Positions 18,948-27,978 of a DNA stretch of 64,000 nucleotides are shown piece after piece. Made by a program: the position numbers and the translations under genes. Under the pieces are notes generated by a model. The model was not told the origin of the DNA, searched no databases, and saw nothing but the letters and a program-made list of their open reading frames with translations. The stretch is taken from sequence record OZ346151.1; one strand, written 5' to 3'. The stretch's first letter is position 1. Every line of letters starts with the position of its first letter. This DNA is from a phage.

Positions 18948-19148
18948 ATGAGCAACAATATCCGCGTTATTAACTTCAAAAAAGAAGAAAAAATTGCCGT
19001 GCTGATTGACGGTCAAGAAATCTTCAAGGGCGACTATGAAGATCATCAAACGGCGATTAGTATCACTCGCGTGATTGGTTACCATAATTTTTACCCCCAA
19101 GGCGCTGAGGCGGCGGTTAAACGAATCAAAGAGATTGTAGGCCTGTAA
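18948..19148 (+). CDS. hypothetical small protein
   Basis: SD AAAGGAG before ATG. Confidence 0.5.
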   Translation: MSNNIRVINFKKEEKIAVLIDGQEIFKGDYEDHQTAISITRVIGYHNFYPQGAEAAVKRIKEIVGL

Positions 19149-19150
19149 AA

Positions 19151-19196
19151 TTTATTTTTAGATGGCCTTGACTCTAGGGCCATCAATAAAGTAAAT
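19151..19196 (+). promoter_or_regulatory. 45-bp repeated promoter/operator element, copy 3
   Basis: Same element with TTGACT variant. Confidence 0.5.
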
Positions 19197-19241
19197 TTAA
19201 ACCCTGTTAAAATACCACGCAGTTAACAAGGAGTAATGATC

Positions 19242-19541
19242 ATGTTTATCCAGGCTAATAATCTTTATTTCTTTGATGGTCAGATCGTAGATGGTGTGGA
19301 AGTGGAGATCACTGGGTGCCCTGGTGGTCAGGCTATGACTTTTCGGAATAATGCCTTTGATGATTCTCATATCGTTATGAGAATGGAAGTTACAAAGCTG
19401 GACGACAAGAAAACGCTCATTGACTATTCCGTGAAAGATCATCCAGACTACCACATGATCTATGGTGATTTGTGCATTGTTGACCGTGACAAGGTGGGCG
19501 GCATTGTGATCGCTATTGTGAACGATGTTTTCTCTGTATAG
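19242..19541 (+). CDS. hypothetical protein
   Basis: SD AAGGAG 8 nt before ATG 19242. Confidence 0.5.
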   Translation: MFIQANNLYFFDGQIVDGVEVEITGCPGGQAMTFRNNAFDDSHIVMRMEVTKLDDKKTLIDYSVKDHPDYHMIYGDLCIVDRDKVGGIVIAIVNDVFSV

Positions 19542-19599
19542 TTCCGGCAAATGATGCAAAATAAGGCCCCTAGCAGGGCCTACAGCGATATAATCACAT

Positions 19600-19633
19600 A
19601 AAGGCCATGCAACCGCATGGCCTTTATTATTTT
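19600..19633 (+). terminator. rho-independent terminator
   Basis: AAAGGCCATGC-AACC-GCATGGCCTTT then ATTATTTT. Confidence 0.6.
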
Positions 19634-19680
19634 GGCGTTACAGCGGCCCCAAGGCGCTTAAAAATTTTTTAAAGAAGTAC

Positions 19681-19708
19681 TTGCATCAAGCCCTACAATA
19701 TGGATAAT
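19681..19708 (+). promoter_or_regulatory. sigma70-like promoter
   Basis: TTGCAT, 16-bp spacer, GATAAT. Confidence 0.5.
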
Positions 19709-19766
19709 AGGACGTGTCAGGGGGGGGAGGCCCCAATCATTAACCGGATAGATAGGAGTTAAAACC

Positions 19767-20051
19767 ATGGCTATTGTTACCGCTGGCGATGTAGTAGAAA
19801 TGGAAGCAAAATACTTAAAAGCGGGTATGCATATCCTACGCAACGATCTTGAACTGGTCCTGACAATGGTTGACTATAACCCAGGGCAAGATTATCCAAG
19901 TGTTGACTACTTTTTTGAGTATGTTGATGAAGAGTTGAAAGAGGATGAGGCCTATTGCGGTGAGTTCTGCAACTTCTTTTGTCCTGATGAGGTTGTAAAG
20001 GTTATCTATCAACCTGGCGTAGCTTTCCCGCTGCACGCTATCAATAAATAA
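19767..20051 (+). CDS. hypothetical protein
   Basis: SD AGGAG before ATG. Confidence 0.5.
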   Translation: MAIVTAGDVVEMEAKYLKAGMHILRNDLELVLTMVDYNPGQDYPSVDYFFEYVDEELKEDEAYCGEFCNFFCPDEVVKVIYQPGVAFPLHAINK

Positions 20052-20055
20052 ACCT

Positions 20056-20080
20056 GGCGGGGGCCTTTTCGGCCCCCGCC
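20056..20080 (+). terminator. GC-rich perfect hairpin (terminator-like, no clear U-tract)
   Basis: GGCGGGGGCC-TTTTC-GGCCCCCGCC. Confidence 0.4.
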
Positions 20081-20114
20081 TGAAATTATGAAAAATAAAA
20101 AGAGGCAAACTATC

Positions 20115-20348
20115 ATGATGGAACAAATTAAACGCGCTGAGGCTATTAATGGCAATGTAATCTATTTTGTCAGCAAAAACGAAAAAGGCGTACCCTATGC
20201 GGCGGTAATAGTACAGCCTGACGGCGATTATTGGTGCACTGTGTACGGCGCTTATTCTTTTGGGCGTCCAGTGCATGATAAAATTTTGAAAGTAGCGAAC
20301 CCTACCGGGAAAAATATTACAGCAGAAAAATTTTTTGAAAAAAGTTGA
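20115..20348 (+). CDS. hypothetical protein
   Basis: SD AAGAGG 9 nt before ATG 20115. Confidence 0.5.
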   Translation: MMEQIKRAEAINGNVIYFVSKNEKGVPYAAVIVQPDGDYWCTVYGAYSFGRPVHDKILKVANPTGKNITAEKFFEKS

Positions 20349-20375
20349 CATGACCATATAAAACTGTAGTATATA
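20345..20375 (+). promoter_or_regulatory. sigma70-like promoter
   Basis: TTGACA, ~17-bp spacer, TAGTAT/TATATA; leader hairpin 20383-20398. Confidence 0.5.
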
Positions 20376-20424
20376 AATCAAAGGGGGCAACAAGCCCCAC
20401 CAACCACAAAGAGGATAAAAAATC

Positions 20425-20604
20425 ATGGCTATTATTGCAAAGACCGAGATCGTAGGCTTAGATTCTATTCTCCTCGCATATGAGGAAGCTATAGAAATGT
20501 ATGTGGTTTCCTATGGTGAGTATATCCGTGAATATGAATCTATTGATCTAGCTTTTGAATGTTATATTCGCCAGGTTAATAAAGCGTACGATGATTATCG
20601 TTAA
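20425..20604 (+). CDS. hypothetical small protein (59 aa)
   Basis: SD AAGAGGAT before ATG 20425; below the 60-aa ORF-track threshold. Confidence 0.45.
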   Translation: MAIIAKTEIVGLDSILLAYEEAIEMYVVSYGEYIREYESIDLAFECYIRQVNKAYDDYR

Positions 20605-20610
20605 AATAGT

Positions 20611-20643
20611 TTGACAACAAACAACCATCTAACAAAGCATAAT
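20611..20643 (+). promoter_or_regulatory. possible promoter (weak -10)
   Basis: TTGACA at 20611; -10 assignment ambiguous; leader hairpin 20651-20671. Confidence 0.35.
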
Positions 20644-20695
20644 ACATAAGGTGGTAGAATGATCCGCCACCCGGAACAAAGAAGAGGTAAACACC

Positions 20696-20941
20696 ATGAA
20701 AAGCAATAAAGGTTATAACGGTTACAAAAACAAAACTCATTGGAATGTAAGCCTTTGGATTAATAACGATGAGTCATTGTACCGGTTGGCCCAAGGATTT
20801 ATTAACGCTAATGCTAATCGTAATGATGCGGCGCGGGATATGATGCTTTTTCTGGAGCTAACCGGACAAGATAAGACCCCGGACGGCTTCAAGTACAGCA
20901 CTACGGCGATCCGTGCCGCGATGGTTGGAATGAAACACTAA
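20696..20941 (+). CDS. hypothetical protein
   Basis: SD GAAGAGG before ATG. Confidence 0.5.
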   Translation: MKSNKGYNGYKNKTHWNVSLWINNDESLYRLAQGFINANANRNDAARDMMLFLELTGQDKTPDGFKYSTTAIRAAMVGMKH

Positions 20942-20949
20942 AAGCACAT

Positions 20950-22980
20950 AGCCGCCAGATCTCAGAATTTACGTACGCTCACCAGTCTATAGCCTGCTAA
21001 GTATTTATTCCAACCATAGAATAACGGAATAGTCAATACCTGCATAAAATAATTATTCGTGTAAACTGCATAACATAAATCGGCTAGGATGTCAACATTT
21101 TTCGTAAACAGCTCGAAATTATAACGGTGAGTTATAATAAACAGAGAAATCTTTAGTCGTCTAATGTTTACTGTACATTACTATACTGACTGGAATCATT
21201 AGATGACTAAGAGAAAGATAAGAAATCATTAACAATGCAATTGTTTTATTCGTAACAATAAGGCAACTATGCAAACGGATGGCATGGCGCGACGGAGTCG
21301 CGACATAATATAAAAGCAGTAACCATCACCCCCGTGATAGTTTGTCTGCAAACTATTAATCAGATCATAGTTGCCTTGTATTTAGTTAATCATGACATAA
21401 CAAGCAAGGCAACTATAGATCTGCTAATAGTTGCCCTGCTTTTATATTATGTCATAGATTATTAGCCTGTTAATTGTTAGTCAGTCAAATCAACAACGTT
21501 ATCATTTCAGTCTTTATTGTTGTTGATCGTTATTGTTATCATGCAAACGAATGGCATGGCTTATCATTTTTGAGTAAACAATCTATACGTGAACAGTGAG
21601 GCATGCAATAGTAAGGGCGGGAATAATGAGAGTGTAAACTGTCAAGGGTAATGTCAATTATATCAATCGTGTCAGTTATGTCACCATTATGTCAGCAGAG
21701 TTTTTCTCCTCTTTGTCAAGTGCTGCATGCCCACACAAATAGTAAGAAATATAATTGTTATGTGCGTAAACAGTAACTCATGTTATCAATCCCTGTATGT
21801 ATCGCCAGTGGTGCGCATAATGGGTATTATGTTAAATTGCCCGTAATGATAATGGTTCTCACAATGATAGGTATTCTCATTCCCCCACACAAAATAGATT
21901 GCAAATGTTGTGCCACTATGTGAACGGCCTCACCTATTAATTTGCCTCACTGCCTCGATATTTGAGAATTATCATAAGAATGAGAAGTATTCCCATTTCG
22001 TCCGCCTGGCAGCACTCCAGTCGCTACGGCTCAGAACAGGGCAGAATTGTGTCCATTCAGATATTTCTGTCTGGCTCTTCAGGTCTGTGTGGGAAAAGTC
22101 CACCTCTCTGGCGGGGCATGGGGTCATGACGGGAAAATTGCAGGTCAATTAAAAAATTTACGTGGTGTATGAAGCGCTCTTCAGGTAAGGCATGTATTAT
22201 GGGATGAAACCCTCTTCAGGCAATGATATTTGTGGGTGTGATATTTGCTGGAAAGCCAGATATGACGGGACTCCCGGCGGGGCAGGGGTAGTACAGACAG
22301 GGGAAATATGGAGGATGTGGTTAGGTGAATTGATCAGACAGGTAGAGTATGGAATATGTTACAGGTATGTTAAATAGGGCGGCTGAATATCTGTAGGATT
22401 TGTGTGTAAAATCAAAGACTTAAGTGGTGTTGTGGTATTTTCTATAAATAATTCAAGTTTAATAGGTAATATTTGTCTCTATTCGCTTTGTGTGGTAAAC
22501 AGATTCAGATGAGATTGGTTTACAAGCGTATACATAATATACAAATTAAAGATACAAGAAACCCCCCTCCCCCTTCGGCTACCATTCACCTTTTCCTCTG
22601 ACTGGTACTTAAACACTTATTCAGACTCTTCAGGTTATCACCCATATATCATATGGCAGTGACTGGTGTCCTCCGGCCCCTCTTTCGTCACCCGTCCGCT
22701 TCGCCATGCTAATGCCATAGCCAATGGTTCGGTTGTTCACCCTGTTCACTCAGGTGTATCTCCATACCCCTTCAAAACGAAGAGAACAGAAAACCCGAAT
22801 TACTCGGTAAAAGAAAAGAGAAGAACTTAATTTTATCAGGATAGGCAAGAATGTCAAGGCATGACTGCTCACTAAACAAGCAAACAGTCATGTGTGGGAG
22901 GTAAGTGATTGTGGTGGTAGGAAATTTAGTTGAAAGATGTGTTATAGGTGCTTCCAGCACTTTAGCCGGGCAGCTAATTG
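20950..22980. repeat. ~2 kb non-coding, repeat-rich zone at the convergence of the plus and minus transcription blocks
   Basis: No RBS-supported ORFs; 20-bp near-identical repeat ATGCAAACG(G/A)ATGGCATGGC at 21268 and 21540; AAGGCAACTAT/ATAGTTGCC inverted copies 21258-21440; clustered TGTCA and CTCTTCAGG repeats. Confidence 0.6.
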
Positions 22981-22984
22981 TGTG

Positions 22985-23200
22985 TCAGTCCAGCGGTTCA
23001 TCCTCTACTTCACTGAAATCAATGTTCATGGTCTCTTCCCAACCATCGATCTCAGCACAAGAGTGGAGTTCTTTAGGGTTTACTCCTAAAGCCTCAGCAA
23101 CAGAGTCTATATTTAACACCTCTGGCAGGTATGATTCATCAAATTCAAGGTAAATCAGGCCACGAGTGTTGTCAGCTCCACCAAATATTTCTATCTTCAT
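22985..23200 (-). CDS. hypothetical acidic small protein
   Basis: Strand-consistent ORF, last gene of the minus block. Confidence 0.45.
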   Translation of the reverse strand: MKIEIFGGADNTRGLIYLEFDESYLPEVLNIDSVAEALGVNPKELHSCAEIDGWEETMNIDFSEVEDEPLD

Positions 23201-23321
23201 AAAATCTCCTCTGGAAATGAGAGTGTGAACAGGGTTTTATACGTCCCAATGCACAGGAATTATGCACGTTTTCCTCTTCAGGCCATGCTTTAGCATGAGG
23301 AACCTGTGTGGGCTCGGTGCT

Positions 23322-23534
23322 TCATAGTCTACCACCTCTGAACTCTTCGTGCTCAGGCATAATAGAGAACCAGATATCTACGATGTCCTCCCACGTCAGG
23401 TCATCAGCCTCAGGATCTGTCTGGGACGAAGATGAAGAGTCCTCAGAATCTAAGTTTTCCTCTTTAACTGGCTCATCCAAGGGACATATGGTCACTCCTT
23501 CGGATGTCTCTTCAGATGCATGTGTGTTGATCAT
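23322..23534 (-). CDS. hypothetical acidic small protein
   Basis: Strand-consistent ORF. Confidence 0.45.
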   Translation of the reverse strand: MINTHASEETSEGVTICPLDEPVKEENLDSEDSSSSSQTDPEADDLTWEDIVDIWFSIMPEHEEFRGGRL

Positions 23535-23894
23535 GTTCCACCCGTGAGTATTCCGGCAACAGCTGCTATGGACGTAATGATCATCAGGATCACCACTAAA
23601 ACTTCGGACAATGTTCTCATTGTGTACTCCATATTCTACAAACTATGTGTGGATACTATCACTGGATCGGTAATGTGTCAACAGAAACGCCGCGAGGGTT
23701 TGGTTAAAATCCGAGCGTATGGTGATTTGGGTCAAAACGGACGTGCGTTCTCGCTACGCTCGAAAGAGAGATTTGTTTGTAGGAAGCTCTTAAACGCTCT
23801 GTAATGAGATTATCTGTCCAAGGTATGCAATCGTGCACCAGATAAAGAAAAGGACGCCACAGAGCGTCCTAGGTGTCTTAAATTTGATATTTTG

Positions 23895-24206
23895 CTATAC
23901 CCATGAGGGCTTATCAAGGTTGGAGTAGCTGAAAGGTGTCAAAAGGTGACTGTCAAAATCTCTCAAACTATCTAAATCTTTTTCCTCGTCCTGACACCAT
24001 CTGTGCCTACATTTATTGTTGTAGTGCATAGAATGCATAGCGTTCTGCAACTTAACAGGTACAAGTGATTCAGGAGTAGATAGTATTGTTGGGTATGCCA
24101 GAATCACCTCAAACAGTGGAAACACATCGAAACTAAAGTCTACCTCTGCAGAGGTTGATGGCATATAGGAGTATTTAGCCGCCTTTGTAGACATAATCCA
24201 CCTCAC
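23895..24206 (-). CDS. hypothetical protein
   Basis: Strand-consistent ORF. Confidence 0.5.
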   Translation of the reverse strand: MRWIMSTKAAKYSYMPSTSAEVDFSFDVFPLFEVILAYPTILSTPESLVPVKLQNAMHSMHYNNKCRHRWCQDEEKDLDSLRDFDSHLLTPFSYSNLDKPSWV

Positions 24207-24529
24207 ACAGGTTTGATAATACCTTTACCGAATAATTCTTCGTATCTAATCTTATCCGGATCCCACTCTTGGATAATTTCGAAGACAATATCCAACCCAG
24301 GGATAATCACTTCTCCAGTGTCAAGTTTGGCAAGAACAAAACCAGAAGGCTGAATGGTTTCCCAGTTGCGCCGATTGGAATAGAAGACCTCGAAAATATC
24401 GCCGACCTTTATCTGTTGATCAAGATGTTCAAGATTCTCTTTCATATAGACGCAGCGGATTTTTCGTGCAGGCCATAGACCACCTGCATCACGTTCATTT
24501 AGCTCTTTTACAGTAATCGGTATACCCAT
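24203..24529 (-). CDS. hypothetical protein
   Basis: Coupled to downstream gene (overlap). Confidence 0.5.
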   Translation of the reverse strand: MGIPITVKELNERDAGGLWPARKIRCVYMKENLEHLDQQIKVGDIFEVFYSNRRNWETIQPSGFVLAKLDTGEVIIPGLDIVFEIIQEWDPDKIRYEELFGKGIIKPV

Positions 24530-24550
24530 CTCAAATCTCCTTCATAGATA

Positions 24551-24580
24551 GTAAAAAGAGGGGCCCAAGCCCCCCTCTTT
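24551..24580 (-). terminator. rho-independent terminator (minus strand)
   Basis: AGAGGGGGGC-TTGG-GCCCCTCT followed by TTTTT on minus strand. Confidence 0.6.
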
Positions 24581-24584
24581 GTCA

Positions 24585-24890
24585 TCATTCTACAGAGCGT
24601 TTGAACAGAATGTCTGCCTCAGACATGTGCTCAACCTCTTCTTCGATTTTAGCGCGACGTTTTTCAGCCTCATAGCGAATATCGAACTCGGTAGCCACCA
24701 GAGATTTGATGAATTTAGGAGAATACAGGTGATCCTGCTTCTCAACGAGAATGATATCCTTAATGGCATCTTTCAGATCTTTAATCTGAAGTTGGAGTTC
24801 TACCAGTTCTTCGATTGTTTTGCGAAGGCGATCACGCTCTGCAGTGTCAGAAGGAAGAGAGGTGAACAGTTCAACTTTAGATTTAGCCAT
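24585..24890 (-). CDS. hypothetical protein (helical, charged)
   Basis: Strand-consistent ORF followed by terminator. Confidence 0.5.
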   Translation of the reverse strand: MAKSKVELFTSLPSDTAERDRLRKTIEELVELQLQIKDLKDAIKDIILVEKQDHLYSPKFIKSLVATEFDIRYEAEKRRAKIEEEVEHMSEADILFKRSVE

Positions 24891-24918
24891 AGTAAGAGTC
24901 TCCTTATGTTGTTTTAAA

Positions 24919-25236
24919 TTAACGTTCTACAAAAATACCGTTCAGTTCAATAACCAGGAATTTCTGGTCTTCACTATCGTCTCGTGCCAGCACCTCACAG
25001 ACGTATCGGTCATCCCCATCATCATCGCAGTCAAATACAAGACTGAGGACTTTATCATGGTAAACCTTCGCCACTACCGCCTCGTAAGTATTGCCGATTG
25101 TGAATCCAAGATAATCTCCGATGCATTTGACAACAACATGGTCTCCAGCATTTAAGTCAATCTTCGTCATTACTGCGCTCCTTGGGTAATAATACTGTAT
25201 GTAAAACTTTAACCAGAGATGTGAATAACGCCCCAA
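24919..25236 (-). CDS. hypothetical protein
   Basis: Strand-consistent ORF. Confidence 0.5.
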   Translation of the reverse strand: MGRYSHLWLKFYIQYYYPRSAVMTKIDLNAGDHVVVKCIGDYLGFTIGNTYEAVVAKVYHDKVLSLVFDCDDDGDDRYVCEVLARDDSEDQKFLVIELNGIFVER

Positions 25237-25325
25237 AACACACCGATAGCGCTAAAACAGACAAGGCCATCATTAAAGCTTCAGTAAAATCAGTCATTCC
25301 TCACCTCTTGTTAGCCACTATACTA

Positions 25326-25589
25326 TCATTTATCCTTTTCGTCAAGAACTTTTTTAAATCTTTCAGGGATATCTCCCGTTCTTAGATAGTTCATGACCTC
25401 GCAAGGTTCCCACTTGAATTTCTTACAGAGCAGGGCGGCTGAGATTGTTTCATTGCGAAAAGAAAGGATATTAATATCCCACTCTGAGAACCCCAACTTC
25501 CGAAGGGTAGCTACAGAAATCCTCACCGCAACCCAGCAGCAAAAACATGCAACAAACGCCACTGCTACAACCCACATCAGGATGTTCAT
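25326..25589 (-). CDS. hypothetical membrane protein
   Basis: N-terminal TM helix WVVAVAFVACFCCWVAV. Confidence 0.5.
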   Translation of the reverse strand: MNILMWVVAVAFVACFCCWVAVRISVATLRKLGFSEWDINILSFRNETISAALLCKKFKWEPCEVMNYLRTGDIPERFKKVLDEKDK

Positions 25590-25678
25590 ATAAGCACCTT
25601 ACTGAAATACAAGACACAGTGTTAAGGTTACTGACCAGCAAATAATTAGCAGGACCATTGCAACCTTGGCAAGATTTA

Positions 25679-25966
25679 TCATAGTGCCTCTAAGATTTCA
25701 TATCCTTCAGGTCGAAATACAAGCCACTCCGTGGCTCCGTTTGGTCGATACGCTTTATACAGAACAACCTGATCTCGGCACATGCACATGGCTACATAGT
25801 TTTCATCCACACCTGCAGCCTGCATTGCATCTTCTTCTCCGGCAACTGCTTTGCTTACAACTTCCTTGGTAGGTAGGTGTGCGATCAGCTCGTCACCATC
25901 ATTAATTCCAAAATGACTGAGTTCTCCATTGGTATCTTTAATCTTAATCTTAACCAGATCTTTCAT
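25679..25966 (-). CDS. small acidic protein, distant member of tandem paralog family
   Basis: MK..KIKIKD start; ends YEILEAL like family members. Confidence 0.5.
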   Translation of the reverse strand: MKDLVKIKIKDTNGELSHFGINDGDELIAHLPTKEVVSKAVAGEEDAMQAAGVDENYVAMCMCRDQVVLYKAYRPNGATEWLVFRPEGYEILEAL

Positions 25967-26295
25967 TAGTCTTTCTCCAGGTTCAAAGGTCCTAAGATTT
26001 CATATGCCAGATTAGAAGTTACCAGAGGGTCTTCTGCATCTTTAGTATTGTACCACCCGTGAATAACCAGAGTCCCACTTTGTTTCATATCCAACTGGAA
26101 CTGTTCTGCAGTTTCCTCATCCAGCTCCAAGATTTCCATAAGGTATTTGATGTTAGGAAGGTATGCAGCTGTTACAGTTCCCTCCACCAAACCTTCGGGC
26201 CAACCTACATCCGGATGACAAGTAGGAACCAGGTTGGTCAACTTAATGGTGTACGCTTTTTCTGCACGAGCCTTCAGTAACGGGTCAATCTTCAT
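25966..26295 (-). CDS. hypothetical protein
   Basis: Strand-consistent ORF. Confidence 0.5.
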   Translation of the reverse strand: MKIDPLLKARAEKAYTIKLTNLVPTCHPDVGWPEGLVEGTVTAAYLPNIKYLMEILELDEETAEQFQLDMKQSGTLVIHGWYNTKDAEDPLVTSNLAYEILGPLNLEKD

Positions 26296-26645
26296 TATTC
26301 GTCCTCCTCTTCGGTGCCTGCTTCCAGTAATAAGTTAAGAATATCTTCTGCACAAGGCTCATAGAACTCTTGGCCTTCATTATCGATGATTTTGTAGTCA
26401 TCTCCACGAATAATCAGGGGATCACTCTCAAAATTATCGAGACCTTTAACAACGACAACACGATCGATTGCCATCATTGTAAGAACTTTATCGACATCTT
26501 CCTCTGCTACACCATACTGCAGCAGAATGTCTTTGGTAGGAGGAACAGCATCCACCACAACGCCGTTACCAAAACCTTCTGGAAGTTTAGCTAAAATATC
26601 TTCCGGAACCACATTCACATCAAAACCGGTAATTTCTACTTTCAT
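26295..26645 (-). CDS. small acidic protein, distant member of tandem paralog family
   Basis: MKVEITG start; acidic C-terminus. Confidence 0.5.
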   Translation of the reverse strand: MKVEITGFDVNVVPEDILAKLPEGFGNGVVVDAVPPTKDILLQYGVAEEDVDKVLTMMAIDRVVVVKGLDNFESDPLIIRGDDYKIIDNEGQEFYEPCAEDILNLLLEAGTEEEDE

Positions 26646-26906
26646 TTACAGCACCTCTTCGTCAACTACTTCATAAAAATGGCCTGGGATTGCAATAGCG
26701 TTCTCACCTTCACCTGCAAACACAGTTCCGTCAAGAATCAACATCATAAGAATTTCTGTAATATCCTCTTCCGGAACGTTGCCAAAACCTTTAATCAGCT
26801 CGTAGGTTGGAATATTTACATCTAAGATGTCACCATCTTTAGAACGGAAATCAACACCGTCCTGAATCTCTGCCGTTTCAAGGTTTTTCAATTTAATCTT
26901 CATCAA
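26646..26906 (-). CDS. small acidic protein, tandem paralog family
   Basis: MMKIKLKNLE start; C-terminus FYEVVDEEVL; own promoter upstream. Confidence 0.55.
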   Translation of the reverse strand: MMKIKLKNLETAEIQDGVDFRSKDGDILDVNIPTYELIKGFGNVPEEDITEILMMLILDGTVFAGEGENAIAIPGHFYEVVDEEVL

Positions 26907-26934
26907 TCGGTCTCCTGTCTTGTTAAGATGAAGG

Positions 26935-26963
26935 TATTATTTCACACAGGGTTGGCGTTGTCA
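26935..26963 (-). promoter_or_regulatory. sigma70-like promoter (minus strand)
   Basis: Minus-strand TTGACA, 18-bp spacer, ATAATA. Confidence 0.45.
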
Positions 26964-26982
26964 ACACCTGTGTGCAAGAAAA

Positions 26983-27378
26983 TTACTGAAACAGTGCGGA
27001 TAAATTACCTTCTGGTGGGAACTTATCTGCCAAAAACGGTGTTAGCACAGTAGCCTTCTGAAGATCTGGGGTCCACTCGTTGTTCAGAACATCCCAGTAG
27101 TACGCAATGTTGCTGTGTGGGTGCCGCATTACGAACTTTTTCCCTTCGTAGTCGTCTGAAACCTCTACAGAAGAAATAACAACAGAATCTTCAAGGGTTT
27201 CTTCATAGAAAGATCCCCCTTCAAATTTCCAACGAGATGCAAGAGCCCCTGCCTTGAACGCTGCAGATAACGGACTGTCGGCAAGAACATACATTTCTTG
27301 CACTCTGTCGCTGCGATCTTTGCTTCTTACGTTGTATACAGTATCTGAGCTATACTCAACACGGTATAGGCTTACCAT
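26983..27378 (-). CDS. hypothetical protein (paralog of 29190-29588)
   Basis: Shares HP(H/D)S...YYW(D/N)...W(T)P...TPF(L/A)(A/D) with 29190-29588. Confidence 0.55.
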   Translation of the reverse strand: MVSLYRVEYSSDTVYNVRSKDRSDRVQEMYVLADSPLSAAFKAGALASRWKFEGGSFYEETLEDSVVISSVEVSDDYEGKKFVMRHPHSNIAYYWDVLNNEWTPDLQKATVLTPFLADKFPPEGNLSALFQ

Positions 27379-27710
27379 TACCGCACCTCCTCAATAACTT
27401 CCACATCTGAACCTACCACAAATGCAAAAGGACAGGTTTCATGAAAGACATCTGGATCGCCGCCAAGCTTGCTAACAATCTCTCCACCACTAATAAACAC
27501 AAGCTCACCGATATTCATCAGATTGCTGAAATAGTACCCATAATGATTAAAGAATGCAGCAGGGTCAGGTAGACTGGTAGCCTCAAGCACTACATCGGTT
27601 GAGGTTACTTTCTTATCATAACCTCTCGCCTTTTGAGATGCAAGATCTGCAGAATCCTCAGGAGACCGGAGATGCACAGGAATTGTTTCACCAATAAAGC
27701 GTACTTTCAT
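27378..27710 (-). CDS. small acidic protein, tandem paralog family
   Basis: Start moved to internal MKVRFIGE (avoids overlap); C-terminus VEVIEEVR. Confidence 0.5.
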   Translation of the reverse strand: MKVRFIGETIPVHLRSPEDSADLASQKARGYDKKVTSTDVVLEATSLPDPAAFFNHYGYYFSNLMNIGELVFISGGEIVSKLGGDPDVFHETCPFAFVVGSDVEVIEEVR

Positions 27711-27714
27711 ATTA

Positions 27715-27978
27715 TCACCCAACAACCATAGCTTCAAAAGGAGTCATGAACGAATAAACGGCATCATCATCTGCTTCAGGGAATGCTCCCAAAGACTTCA
27801 TATCTGAACCCTTGACAAATACAAGGTTTTGATCAAAGGCTTCTTGGGGGTCAATCCGATACATATTTCGTAGAATATCGCTTACCTCCTCATCAAGAGG
27901 TGAGTATGCTGTGCACGTTTTTCCGATCAAGCTTTGAGAATCAGGGTATCCACCTGAAGTTTTAAAATAAACAATCAT
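27715..27978 (-). CDS. small acidic protein, tandem paralog family
   Basis: Contains LVFVKGSDMKSLGAF core shared with paralogs. Confidence 0.55.
   Translation of the reverse strand: MIVYFKTSGGYPDSQSLIGKTCTAYSPLDEEVSDILRNMYRIDPQEAFDQNLVFVKGSDMKSLGAFPEADDDAVYSFMTPFEAMVVG

Noticed and set aside
21910-22377. ORFs 21910-22152 and 22192-22377 in the convergence zone
   Set aside because: No RBS, no coding-like composition, embedded in repeats; the region is treated as non-coding.
23520-25155. Plus-strand ORFs within the minus-strand block (e.g. 23520-23804, 24269-24478, 24579-24917, 24820-25155, 26059-26280, 26370-26594, 28052-28327, 29310-29678)
   Set aside because: Antisense to the consistently organised minus-strand gene series, no RBS; shadow ORFs.
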